Assembly: GCA_012799055.1 (NCBI GenBank)
Contig: JAAZMA010000262.1
Location: forward strand, 1 to 48,544
Direction: 5' to 3'
Source of the DNA: Tissierellia bacterium
GTDB taxonomy: Bacteria; Bacillota; Clostridia; Tissierellales; Tepidimicrobiaceae
Length of the DNA: 48,544 nucleotides
Positions within the stretch are counted from its first letter, which is position 1. Each line of letters starts with the position of its first letter. The position numbers and the translations under genes are program-made. Of the stretch, positions 25,225-34,535 are shown piece by piece. The notes below the pieces were generated by a model. It was given only the letters and a program-made list of their open reading frames with translations. It had not been told where the DNA came from and did not search any database.

Positions 25225-26628
25225 ATGGACAAAGAATTAAAGAGAATAATTATAGTATTATCTGGGATATGCTTATTATTTGTTGTATTAATAGTGTATT
25301 TATCATGTTTTCAAATGTTTAAGGCAGAAAAAGTAGCAAAAAATAGTTATAATAAGCGATTATGGATAAATGAAGAAAAAGTATTAAGGGGCTCTATTAT
25401 AGATAGAAATGGGAAAATTCTCGCTTATAGTGAAAAAGACGGAGAGACTTATAAAAGATATTACAATTATGGAAATCTTTATAGCCATATTATAGGCTAT
25501 AGCTATAGGGAATATGGTAAGGTAGGTTTAGAATTACAATACAATAATCTGCTATTAAATATATCTGAAAGTACTCCAATTAATGAATTTAAAAATATAG
25601 TATTACCTAGTACAGAGGGTAATACGTTAAAACTTACAATAGACCACCATCTTCAGGAATATACAAGGGAACAACTAAAGGGGAAAAAAGGTGCAGTGGT
25701 TACTATGAATCCTAGTACAGGTGAAATATATTCCATGGTAAGTATGCCAGACTTTAATACAAGTCACTTAAGAGAAAATTGGAATGATATAATGGAAGAT
25801 AAGAATAGCCCCTTTTTAAATAGGGCTACCTCAGGACTATATACACCAGGGTCTGCTTTTAAAGTATTGACTACTATTGCCATATTAGATGATTCTAATT
25901 TAAACAAAGAATATAATTGTACAGGAAGTACTAAAATTGATGGATATATTTTAAAGGATTATAGCCAAAAAGGTCATGGTGCTATTAATTTAGAAGAGGC
26001 ATTAGTAAAATCTTGTAATACTTATTTTGCAGAAAAAGGTGTAGAAGTGGGTAAAGATAAATTAGGAGAGGTATTAGATAAATTTATGATAAATAAAAAA
26101 ATTCCCTTTGACTTACCTACTCAAAAGTCCACTTTTCCCTATAAAGAAAATTTAGGCAAAACAGATATAGCTGCAGCTAGCATTGGTCAAGGTAAAGTAT
26201 TAGTTACACCACTGAATATGGCTATGGTAGCATCGGGAATTGCCAATAATGGGGATATAATGAAGCCTATATTAGTAAAGGAAGCCATATCTCCAGAGGG
26301 AAAAGTAATTAGAAGTAATCATTCAGAATTATTATCTAGGGCTACAGATGTTTTTACTGCCAATGAAGTAAAAAATATGATGGTGGAAGTAGTAAAAAGG
26401 GGCACAGGTACAAATGCAAGTATAAAAAATATAAGGGTGGCAGGTAAGACTGGTACTGCTGAAAACCCTTCAGGGAAATCCCATGCCTGGTTTATAGGTT
26501 TTGCACCAGCAGATGATCCTCAAATTGCCATAGCAGTAGTATTAGAAGAGGAAGGTAGTACTGGTGGAAAAGCTGCAGCACCTATTGCAAGAAAAATATT
26601 AATAGAAGCATTAAATACTATTAAATAG
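25225..26628 (+). CDS. Class B penicillin-binding protein (PBP2/PbpA-type transpeptidase)
   Basis: N-terminal anchor. Catalytic motifs S-x-x-K 'GSAFKV', S-x-N 'KSCNTYF' and 'KTGTAE'. Confidence 0.9.
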   Translation: MDKELKRIIIVLSGICLLFVVLIVYLSCFQMFKAEKVAKNSYNKRLWINEEKVLRGSIIDRNGKILAYSEKDGETYKRYYNYGNLYSHIIGYSYREYGKVGLELQYNNLLLNISESTPINEFKNIVLPSTEGNTLKLTIDHHLQEYTREQLKGKKGAVVTMNPSTGEIYSMVSMPDFNTSHLRENWNDIMEDKNSPFLNRATSGLYTPGSAFKVLTTIAILDDSNLNKEYNCTGSTKIDGYILKDYSQKGHGAINLEEALVKSCNTYFAEKGVEVGKDKLGEVLDKFMINKKIPFDLPTQKSTFPYKENLGKTDIAAASIGQGKVLVTPLNMAMVASGIANNGDIMKPILVKEAISPEGKVIRSNHSELLSRATDVFTANEVKNMMVEVVKRGTGTNASIKNIRVAGKTGTAENPSGKSHAWFIGFAPADDPQIAIAVVLEEEGSTGGKAAAPIARKILIEALNTIK

Positions 26629-26640
26629 GGAGGTAATATT

Positions 26641-28437
26641 ATGGCTAAAAAATTTAAGGAAAGACGAGATATTCCAGTAGAATATACCTGGGACTTGGAG
26701 TCTATGTATAAAGATGAAAAGGCTTGGGAAGAAGATTTAAATAAGGTTTTAAAATTAGCTGAGGAATATCCTAAATATCAAGGTAAAGTAATAGAAACTG
26801 GAGAAAACTTATTAAATGCCCTTAAAGATCAAAATGAATTGTATAGAACTGTATCTAAAGTTTATTCCTATTCCAGTATGAAATTAGATGAGGATACTAG
26901 GGTAGGAAGTTCTCAGGAAATGTCTAGTAAGGCATTATCTGCCTACGTAAAGGTAAATGAAAAGACTTCATTTTTAATACCAGAAATACTTGAGATAGAA
27001 GAGTCCACACTTAATAAATACTATAATGAAGTAGATGGATTAAAATTATATAAACAGGCTTTAGACGAAGTGTTGAGGAAAAAGGATCATGTTCTTTCTG
27101 CTAAGGAAGAAAACCTTCTAGCTCAAATGGGAGAGGTGGCTGAAGCTTCACATAATATATTTTCTATGCTAGACAATGCAGATATAAAATTCCCAACTAT
27201 TAAAGATGAAGAAGGAAATGATGTAGAAATAACCCATGGTAATTTTATTCCCCTAATGGAAAGCAAAAATAGAGATGTAAGAAAAGCAGCTTTTGAAGGA
27301 TTATATAATACTTATAAGGGCTTTGAAAACACTTATGCTCAAATGTTAAATGGAAATACTAAGAAAAATATTTTTTATGCAAAGGCTAGAAAATATAATT
27401 CTAGTATTGAGGCTTCCTTAGATGAAAACAATATACCAGTTTTAGTCTATGATAATTTAATTAATTCCATCCATGATAATTTAGACAGTATGTATAAATA
27501 CATGGATATTAGAAAAAGGGCACTAGGAGTAGAGGAACTTCATATGTACGATTTATACACTCCCATAGTAAAAGATGTGGATATTACTATGGAATATGAA
27601 GAAGGCAAAAAATTAATCTTAGAAGGACTTCATCCATTGGGAGAAGAGTATAGAAATATACTAGAAGAAGGTTTTAATAATCGTTGGATTGATGTGTATG
27701 AAAATCCAGGTAAAAGGTCTGGAGCCTATTCTGGTGGGTGTTACGATTCTAAACCTTTTATACTTTTAAATTATCATGATACTTTAGATAATGTATTTAC
27801 TATTGCCCATGAATTAGGACATTCAGTTCATTCTTATTTAACTAGGAAACATCAACCCTTTGTATATGGAAGATACAGTATATTTGTGGCAGAAGTAGCT
27901 TCTACTACTAATGAAGCATTATTATTAGACCATATGCTAAAAAATGTAGAAGATGAAGGGGAAAGATTATATTTATTAAATCACTATTTAGAAATGTTTA
28001 GAACTACAGTATTTAGACAAACTATGTTTGCAGAATTTGAGAGAGAAATATATAAATATGCTGAAAGTGGTGGAGCTTTAACAGCCGATTATTTATCTGA
28101 AACTTATAAAAAACTAAATGAAAAATACTATGGACCAAATATGGTAGTAGATGATGAAATAGCCATGGAATGGGCTAGAATACCACATTTTTATTATAAT
28201 TTTTATGTATTCCAATATGCTACTGGATTTTCAGCAGCAGTAGATTTATCACAACAAATATTAAAAGAAGGAGAAATAGCAGTAGAAAGGTATTTAAACT
28301 TCTTAAGAAGTGGTAGTTCTGATTATCCTATAAATGTATTAAAAGCCGCTGGAGTAGATATGACAACAGAAAAACCTGTAAATAATGCAATGAAAGTATT
28401 TAGAGAATTAGTAGAGGAAATGGATAAGTTGATATAG
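26641..28437 (+). CDS. pepF: Oligoendopeptidase F (M3B)
   Basis: 598 aa, 'HELGHSVHSY' zinc motif, 'PHFYYNFYVFQYATG' and an M3B-typical N-terminus 'YTWDLESMY'. Confidence 0.92.
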   Translation: MAKKFKERRDIPVEYTWDLESMYKDEKAWEEDLNKVLKLAEEYPKYQGKVIETGENLLNALKDQNELYRTVSKVYSYSSMKLDEDTRVGSSQEMSSKALSAYVKVNEKTSFLIPEILEIEESTLNKYYNEVDGLKLYKQALDEVLRKKDHVLSAKEENLLAQMGEVAEASHNIFSMLDNADIKFPTIKDEEGNDVEITHGNFIPLMESKNRDVRKAAFEGLYNTYKGFENTYAQMLNGNTKKNIFYAKARKYNSSIEASLDENNIPVLVYDNLINSIHDNLDSMYKYMDIRKRALGVEELHMYDLYTPIVKDVDITMEYEEGKKLILEGLHPLGEEYRNILEEGFNNRWIDVYENPGKRSGAYSGGCYDSKPFILLNYHDTLDNVFTIAHELGHSVHSYLTRKHQPFVYGRYSIFVAEVASTTNEALLLDHMLKNVEDEGERLYLLNHYLEMFRTTVFRQTMFAEFEREIYKYAESGGALTADYLSETYKKLNEKYYGPNMVVDDEIAMEWARIPHFYYNFYVFQYATGFSAAVDLSQQILKEGEIAVERYLNFLRSGSSDYPINVLKAAGVDMTTEKPVNNAMKVFRELVEEMDKLI

Positions 28438-28455
28438 GAATATTATTAAATTTTT

Positions 28456-28486
28456 AGCAGATCCAAAAGGGTCTGCTTTATTTTTT
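28456..28486 (+). terminator. Rho-independent terminator after pepF
   Basis: AGCAGATCC-AAAA-GGGTCTGCT (9 bp, one G-U pair) followed by TTATTTTTT. Confidence 0.85.
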
Positions 28487-28623
28487 GAAAAGCATTGTAA
28501 AAAGATAAAATTAATGATACAGTAAGCATAATATGGATATTTTATCCATACTGTATAAATTGATTTTAAAACATAATAAAATTAATTATAGTTAAAATAA
28601 AAATAAAAATTTTCATAATATCT

Positions 28624-29397
28624 TTGATGATTGTATCCATATTTTCTTTAATATTATTTGGAACAAAAGGGGAAAGCAAAAGCGAGAATAATGTAGCAAT
28701 ATTTACTTATCATTTAATTGTAGAAGATGAAGATTTTGATGAAGAAGGTTTAAATAAAAGCCTACCTATTACAAAACTCTCGGATTTTGAAAATGAAATG
28801 AAATTTTTAAAAGATAATGATTATAAAGTTATATCCATGAAGGAGTTTCAAGACCATATATATGAAAAAAAGAATTTTCCACCTAAGACTGTATTAATAA
28901 CATTTGATGATGGTTATTATTCAAATATTCAATATGCATATCCTATTTTAAAGGAATATAATTTTCCAGCAACAACCTTTATTATTGGTAAGATGACTGA
29001 ACACGCAAAGCCTGATGCTAAATTAAGGTATATTTCCATTGAAGAAATGAATGATACTAAAGATATATTTACCTATGGAGGACATACTTATGATTTACAC
29101 TATTTTGATGATGGGAAATCTAGACTTGTAAGTAGTTCAGAAGAGGTCGTAAAAGATGATTTGAAAAAATTATCTAATATTGGGGAATTTAAATACTTTG
29201 CATATCCCTATGGAATGTATTCGGCGAAAAATGAAAAGATACTAGAAGATTTTGGCTATAAACTTGGTTTTTTAAACAATAATGAACTTGCAAATCTTAA
29301 TTCTAGACCTTTTGAAATTCCACGAATATCTATAAATAGTATGATCACTTTTGAAGATTTTGTTAAGTTTTTAATACTTTTAGAAAAGGATAAGTAA
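28624..29397 (+). CDS. Polysaccharide deacetylase (CE4) family protein
   Basis: 'VLITFDDGYYSN', 'ATTFIIG' and 'GGHTYDLH'. The start is uncertain (TTG 28624 or ATG 28627), and neither has a recognisable SD. Confidence 0.75.
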   Translation: MMIVSIFSLILFGTKGESKSENNVAIFTYHLIVEDEDFDEEGLNKSLPITKLSDFENEMKFLKDNDYKVISMKEFQDHIYEKKNFPPKTVLITFDDGYYSNIQYAYPILKEYNFPATTFIIGKMTEHAKPDAKLRYISIEEMNDTKDIFTYGGHTYDLHYFDDGKSRLVSSSEEVVKDDLKKLSNIGEFKYFAYPYGMYSAKNEKILEDFGYKLGFLNNNELANLNSRPFEIPRISINSMITFEDFVKFLILLEKDK

Positions 29398-29410
29398 GTA
29401 AAAAAGATTT

Positions 29411-29448
29411 AATCACAGTGAATAATATATATATTATTCACTGTGATT
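29411..29448. terminator. Bidirectional terminator between convergent deacetylase and nadK genes
   Basis: Perfect 38-bp palindrome AATCACAGTGAATAATAT-AT-ATATTATTCACTGTGATT, flanked by an A-run upstream and a T-run downstream. Confidence 0.85.
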
Positions 29449-29460
29449 TTTAGCATAATT

Positions 29461-30273
29461 CTACAAAAACTTACTTTTCAAATTGTTCCAATACATATCC
29501 TTATCAAAATTTAATCTTGAAATTGTCCTATCTGGAATGGTAAAATCTATCTTTGTAATATTATCGTATTTATGCTCTACTCCATCTACTATGATTAAAA
29601 TAGAATTTTCATATCTATATTCTGGTTTTATGGTGATTTTCAAATCTCCTGGTATAATTGCAGAATTAGGTAAAGACCTATAAGCTTTAGAACTAATAGG
29701 AGATAAGGGAGTCATTTGCAGTGTATTTAAGGATGGATAGATTATGCTACCACCAGAGGAAAAATTGTAGGCAGTGCTTCCCACAGGAGTGGAGATAATC
29801 ATACCATCTCCACAAAAATTTTCTAAATGATTTCCATCTACAAATATTTCTAAATGTACCACCTTAGATTTTATACCTTTAACCACAATTTCATTTACAC
29901 CATATAATTGTAATTGGCGATTTTTAGTATATATATTAGCTTGGACTAGAAAAATCTTTTCAACAATATAATCATTGTTAATATATTTTTCAATAAATAT
30001 ATCAATATTTTCAGGTAAAATTTCTTGGAAAAAACCTAAATGCCCTGTATTTATTCCTACAAAGGGAATAGGAGTAAAACTATGTTTATGAACAGCCCTA
30101 AGAAATGCTCCATCTCCTCCAATGCAAATATTTAATTCTGCATTTTCATTAAATTTATCTGAAACTATAAAACCTTTATTTTCTAATTTTTTTATTAATA
30201 ATTCCGTAGTGTTCTTAGATTCTAAATCATAATTGGAAATAATATTAATAATTCTAAATTCTTCTTTTGACAA
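29461..30273 (-). CDS. nadK: NAD+ kinase
   Basis: 'CIGGDGAFLRA', 'GINTGHLGFF', 'GDGMIISTPVGSTAYNFSSGG' and 'TPLSP'. The preferred TTG start at 30273 lies 6 nt after GGAGGGG. The listed TTG at 30288 lies inside that SD. Confidence 0.9.
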   Translation of the reverse strand: MSKEEFRIINIISNYDLESKNTTELLIKKLENKGFIVSDKFNENAELNICIGGDGAFLRAVHKHSFTPIPFVGINTGHLGFFQEILPENIDIFIEKYINNDYIVEKIFLVQANIYTKNRQLQLYGVNEIVVKGIKSKVVHLEIFVDGNHLENFCGDGMIISTPVGSTAYNFSSGGSIIYPSLNTLQMTPLSPISSKAYRSLPNSAIIPGDLKITIKPEYRYENSILIIVDGVEHKYDNITKIDFTIPDRTISRLNFDKDMYWNNLKSKFL

Positions 30274-30386
30274 ATATTTCCCCTCCAAAATTTAAATCCT
30301 TTAATTATAATAATTTTTTGTTATAATTACCTTATAAATATCTTAAACTCATTATACAATAAAAGTACTAAAATTTGGAGGTAAAA

Positions 30387-31283
30387 ATGGATTTATTAAA
30401 AGAAAGTGAAAACAATATTATTTTTAGTGTAAAAGATGGGGGAGAAACCTTAGAAGAATTTTTACTAAATCAAGGATTGTCTTCTAGATTTTTTCGAAGG
30501 GTGTACAAAGGCAAATGTATTTTTGTAAATGGGAAATTAATAAATAAAAATCAAGTTTTAAACATGGGAGATATAGTATCTATAATTATAGAGGATGAAA
30601 TAGATAATACTTTTGCGGAAAATATGCCTTTAGATATTATATATGAAGACATGGATATATTAGCAATAAATAAGCCTCCCTTTGTAGTGGTTCATCCTAC
30701 AAAAAGCCATCAAGCAAATACTATATCCAATGGAATAGCTTATTATTTTAAAGAAAAAGGCATTAAAAGAAAAATAAGATTAGTAAATAGATTAGATATG
30801 AATACATCAGGTATACTTTTAGTAGCAAAATCCTCCTTTGCCCATCAGCAAATGGCCCTACAATTTGAAAACAATAAAGTGGAAAAAAGATATATGGCAG
30901 TAGTAGATGGAGTAGTGGAAAAAGATAGTGATGCTATAGATTTACCCATAGGTAGAGAAGAAGAGAAAAGCATTAGAAAAGTAGTAACCCCTAATGGACA
31001 AGATGCTTTAACTAAATATAGAGTAATGGAAAGATATAATAATGCTACTTTATTAGATATAGAATTAATCACTGGCCGTTCCCATCAAATAAGGGTACAT
31101 TTAAATCATATAGGTCATCCAATAATTGGAGATACCTTGTATTTTAAATCTAGTCCATATATAAATAGGCAGGCATTACATGCTTACTATTTAAAATTAA
31201 AGAAACCACGAAGAGAAGAAAAAATAGAACTAAAAGCAAATCTACCTAAGGATATAAAAATGTTAATAAACCATCTAAAATAA
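30387..31283 (+). CDS. RluA-family (RluD-like) pseudouridine synthase with N-terminal S4-like domain
   Basis: 'VNRLDMNTSGILLVAKS' (catalytic Asp motif), 'KRYMAVV' and 'TGRSHQIRVHL'. The ATG at 30387 lies 5 nt after GGAGG. Confidence 0.9.
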   Translation: MDLLKESENNIIFSVKDGGETLEEFLLNQGLSSRFFRRVYKGKCIFVNGKLINKNQVLNMGDIVSIIIEDEIDNTFAENMPLDIIYEDMDILAINKPPFVVVHPTKSHQANTISNGIAYYFKEKGIKRKIRLVNRLDMNTSGILLVAKSSFAHQQMALQFENNKVEKRYMAVVDGVVEKDSDAIDLPIGREEEKSIRKVVTPNGQDALTKYRVMERYNNATLLDIELITGRSHQIRVHLNHIGHPIIGDTLYFKSSPYINRQALHAYYLKLKKPRREEKIELKANLPKDIKMLINHLK

Positions 31284-31284
31284 T

Positions 31285-31911
31285 TTATTTTTTATCCAAG
31301 GTTTTAACAAGCTCCATCATTTTCATCATTTCTTTTATTTTTTTCTTTTCTTCTTCACTCTTTCCTTCCATTAGTGGCTCTATTATATTTATTAGTTTTT
31401 TAGGCTCATTTAAACTATTAGGATCAGAAATAAAGGTATTAAGCATAGCCAACATGCTTTTGTATTTATCCATATTAAATATAATGTCTAAAACAAGCCC
31501 CATATCCTTTATTTCTTCTTTAGAAATTTCATCTTTTATAGTATTCATTATGTAATTAATTCTTTCTCTATTATCTACCATTGGAATGGAGGATTCAATA
31601 TAATTAATTGTCGGGTTTCCCATAAAAGAGATAGCTTCGTATAATCCAAGGATTTTTTCTGTAATCATAATGGATTTATTAATAGGAGCTATATATTCAG
31701 GAGGGAAATAAGGTCCAATTTTTTTCATTAATCTTACTTTTTCTTGAGTATGTGGAATATTTAAAACAAATTTGTTTTCTTTAAGCTTTACTGTAGTATC
31801 TTTTGCTACAACAATTTTATTTAAATCTTCCTCTTCTGTTTGTAAAACTTCCCTTTCTTTTTTCCTATTTATTATGAAAAATAACAATATTAATAATAAT
31901 ATATTATCCAT
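31285..31911 (-). CDS. Hypothetical membrane-anchored protein (N-terminal TM, Lys/Glu-rich C-terminus)
   Basis: 208-aa ORF with a strong SD (AGGAGG, 7-nt spacer). I recognise no family motif. Confidence 0.6.
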   Translation of the reverse strand: MDNILLLILLFFIINRKKEREVLQTEEEDLNKIVVAKDTTVKLKENKFVLNIPHTQEKVRLMKKIGPYFPPEYIAPINKSIMITEKILGLYEAISFMGNPTINYIESSIPMVDNRERINYIMNTIKDEISKEEIKDMGLVLDIIFNMDKYKSMLAMLNTFISDPNSLNEPKKLINIIEPLMEGKSEEEKKKIKEMMKMMELVKTLDKK

Positions 31912-32041
31912 GGCAGTACCTCCTAAAATTATACATATATATTATTCTATGCTGCCAATTAATAAAAGTTACCAAATTATTTGGTAATATATTGGAACTA
32001 AAATACATAGATTAGATTAGAATATATGGGAGGTGTTATCT

Positions 32042-32323
32042 TTGGAGAAAAAGGATAATATGAAAAATATTATGGAGGAGTTTAAAAACTTCTCACCAAC
32101 AGATGAGGATATTGAGAAAATTTCCACTTTAAGTGAGACTTATAAAGATAAGTCAGAGGAAGATATTTTTTTTGAAATAATTAAAATTAATGAAGATATG
32201 GAAAATACTATGACTGAGGAAGAATACGAAAGAGTATTTCAACAATTAGAAAGCCTTAGGCCAATGCTAAATGAGGAGCAATTGGAAAAACTAGATAAAA
32301 TATTATATATTTTAGGCAGATAA
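32042..32323 (+). CDS. Small acidic hypothetical protein
   Basis: Glu/Asp-rich ~90-aa ORF. A TTG at 32042 lies 6 nt after GGGAGGTG. The ATG at 32060 is an alternative start. No recognised motif. Confidence 0.45.
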   Translation: MEKKDNMKNIMEEFKNFSPTDEDIEKISTLSETYKDKSEEDIFFEIIKINEDMENTMTEEEYERVFQQLESLRPMLNEEQLEKLDKILYILGR

Positions 32324-32406
32324 ATTTACCAAATTTATCAAATAGACATTAAAGCCTAGTAATGTTATAATTTTTATATATTATGTAAACTAAGAAGGGG
32401 ATATAA

Positions 32407-34158
32407 ATGAAGAAGAAATCTACTTTTAAAATATTATTAATCTTGATAATATTTATTGCTTTAGTTTCAAATATATTTTTATCTCTAAATAATAAAAAAG
32501 AGTATAAGGAAATTCCCTATAAATTATTTTTAGAACATATAGAAAAGAATTTGGTTCAAGAAGTGGAATTAAAAGATAAATCTCAGCTTAAAGGAAAATT
32601 TAAAAATGGAGATTTATTTATTACAGATAATCCTCGAAGGGAAGATTTTAAAGAATACTTGTTGCTTAATAATGTGGAAGTAATAGAGGATAACAGTTTA
32701 ATTCCTGCCCAAATTATTACTATTATGTTTTTATTAATGGGCATAGGGTTACTGGCTTATTTTACTAATAAAAATTACTCAAAACAAGCGGAAAAAGAAA
32801 TGGCTTTAATGTCTAAAATAGATATGGAAAATTCTAATAAAGGGAAAATTACATTTGAAGATGTGGCTGGAAATGAAGAGGCAAAAGAATCTTTAAAAGA
32901 ATTAGTGGATTTTATAAAAAATCCAGAAATATATAGTAAATATGGAGCTAGAATGCCTAGGGGTGTATTATTATATGGGCCACCTGGCACTGGGAAAACT
33001 TTATTGGCTAAGTCATTAGCAGGTGAAGCCAATGTATCTTTTTATCCAGTGTCAGGCTCAGATTTTATTCAAGTTTATGCAGGTCTTGGAGCCAGTAGAA
33101 TAAGAGAATTATTTAAAAAAGCAAAGGAAGATGGAAAATCAGTAATATTTATAGATGAGATAGATGCCCTTGGTAAGAAGAGAAAAGGTGGCAATTCCCA
33201 TGGAGGTAGTGAAGAAGGAGATAGAACTTTAAATGCACTACTTACAGAAATGTCAGGTTTTAAAGGAAATGAAGGTATAATAGTAATGGCAGCTACAAAT
33301 AGAATAGATACTCTAGATGAGGCATTACTTCGTCCTGGAAGATTTGATAGGCAAATTGAAATAGGCCTTCCAGATGTAAATGCTAGATATTCTATATTAA
33401 AACTTCATAGTATGAATAAGCCTATATCTAGTGAGGTGGACTTAAGGAAACTGGCTTTAGAAACTGTGTATTTTAGTGGTGCTAAATTGGAGAATTTGAT
33501 GAATGAATCTGCAATAATTGCTGCTAGAAACAAGGACAAAAATATTAATAATGAACATATTAATAAGGCATATTATGCAATATTAGTAGGAGATGAAAAA
33601 AAAGATAGATCTAGTATTTCTCTAGGAGATAAAAAGATTACAGCTTATCATGAAGCAGGACATGCTTTAATCACAAAAAAAATTACTAAAAACAATAGGG
33701 TAACAAAAGTTAGTATAATACCTAGTACTAAAGGTATGGGAGGGTTTAGTTTAAACATTCCTCCAGATAGAATGTATCAAACTAAAATAGATATAGAAAA
33801 CAATATTAAAATTGCCTTGGGAGGAAGGGCTGCAGAAGAAATTATATTTGGCAAAGACAATATTACCACTGGTGCCTCTTCAGATTTAAAAAAAGCAACA
33901 GAGATGACTTTAGCACTATTGGGTAATTATGGTATGGATGATAAAATAGGGCTTATAAATTATGACATAATACTAAATAGTAATTTAAATACGGATATTT
34001 CCTTAATGGAAAGGACTAGGGATATTTTAGATAATTTTTATCAAGATACTAAAAAAGTCTTAGTGGAAAATAAAATTTATTTAGAAAAAATTGCAAAGGC
34101 TTTATTGGAAAAAGAAACCTTAGATGAAGTGGAGATAGATAAAATTCTTGCCAGTTAA
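32407..34158 (+). CDS. ftsH: ATP-dependent zinc metalloprotease FtsH (compact paralog, 583 aa)
   Basis: Two N-terminal TM helices, Walker A 'GPPGTGKTLLAK', Walker B 'VIFIDEIDA', SRH 'ATNRIDTLDEALLRPGRFDR' and zinc motif 'HEAGHAL'. Confidence 0.9.
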   Translation: MKKKSTFKILLILIIFIALVSNIFLSLNNKKEYKEIPYKLFLEHIEKNLVQEVELKDKSQLKGKFKNGDLFITDNPRREDFKEYLLLNNVEVIEDNSLIPAQIITIMFLLMGIGLLAYFTNKNYSKQAEKEMALMSKIDMENSNKGKITFEDVAGNEEAKESLKELVDFIKNPEIYSKYGARMPRGVLLYGPPGTGKTLLAKSLAGEANVSFYPVSGSDFIQVYAGLGASRIRELFKKAKEDGKSVIFIDEIDALGKKRKGGNSHGGSEEGDRTLNALLTEMSGFKGNEGIIVMAATNRIDTLDEALLRPGRFDRQIEIGLPDVNARYSILKLHSMNKPISSEVDLRKLALETVYFSGAKLENLMNESAIIAARNKDKNINNEHINKAYYAILVGDEKKDRSSISLGDKKITAYHEAGHALITKKITKNNRVTKVSIIPSTKGMGGFSLNIPPDRMYQTKIDIENNIKIALGGRAAEEIIFGKDNITTGASSDLKKATEMTLALLGNYGMDDKIGLINYDIILNSNLNTDISLMERTRDILDNFYQDTKKVLVENKIYLEKIAKALLEKETLDEVEIDKILAS

Positions 34159-34188
34159 AAATTTCCAAAAAAATCTTTAGTCTATAAC

Positions 34189-34217
34189 TTGAAGAATAGA
34201 TGAATAAAAGGTATAAT
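34189..34217 (+). promoter_or_regulatory. Sigma-A-type promoter (TTGAAG-17 nt-TATAAT) driving the structured RNA
   Basis: TTGAAG at 34189-34194 and TATAAT at 34212-34217 with an exact 17-nt spacer. Confidence 0.6.
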
Positions 34218-34225
34218 GTATATAG

Positions 34226-34400
34226 AGAATATTTCTGCGATGTACGTTGACCCATATAATTCAACCGACATGGTGAACACGGGAGTTCGGGTCCAGTAAT
34301 GTAGAGCAGGCCTTAAATGGAAGTTCGAAATTATTGGCAGGGCACCCACCTTGTGAGAGGCGGGTGTGAATTAGTTGGGATGGACGGCATCGCGGTAATA
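34226..34400 (+). ncRNA. ssrS: Candidate 6S RNA (ssrS-like), ~175 nt
   Basis: It has its own promoter and a downstream long hairpin. The 5' end TATTTCTGCGATG (34230-34242) pairs with the 3' end CATCGCGGTAATA (34388-34400). There is an apical helix CCAGTAAT/ATTATTGG and a 3'-side hairpin CACCCACC...GGCGGGTG. The region is visibly GC-richer than its flanks. Its ends and the GGUCC...AGCCUUAAA segment resemble E. coli 6S RNA as I remember it. Confidence 0.5.
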
Positions 34401-34438
34401 CAACAAACCCTTAGGATTTATCCTAAGGGTTTGTTGTA
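34399..34438 (+). terminator. Long perfect hairpin (probable terminator of the RNA gene; weak U-tract)
   Basis: TACAACAAACCCTTAGGAT-TT-ATCCTAAGGGTTTGTTGTA, followed by TTATGGG. Confidence 0.55.
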
Positions 34439-34535
34439 TTATGGGAAAAATATATTTTCCCTATGGGACTGATTTATTGCATATTATATAGATTTTTTCC
34501 TAATAATAAAAGTAAATAAATTTTAGGAGATAATT

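Noticed and set aside
28517-28640. Possible 5' truncation or pseudogenisation of the polysaccharide deacetylase gene, plus an upstream bulged hairpin (ATACAGT...ATGGATA/TATCCATACTGTAT, 28517-28556)
   Set aside because: The frame is open back to a TAA at 28567 and encodes a hydrophobic stretch, but it has no ATG, GTG or TTG and no SD. The catalytic core is intact. I cannot distinguish an unusual start from a short signal anchor beginning at 28624/28627, so there is no positive evidence for a pseudogene.
34224-34440. T-box leader or metabolite riboswitch controlling the downstream Cys-rich ORF
   Set aside because: 'GAATTAGTTGGGATGGACGG' only loosely resembles the T-box sequence AAUUAGGGUGGUACCGCG. 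No upstream segment can pair with the 5' arm of the hairpin to form an antiterminator. About 95 nt of unstructured AT-rich DNA separates the hairpin from the ORF's own SD. I found no match to the SAM, B12, c-di-GMP, c-di-AMP, ZTP or lysine cores I can recall. A stand-alone sRNA (6S-like) fits better.
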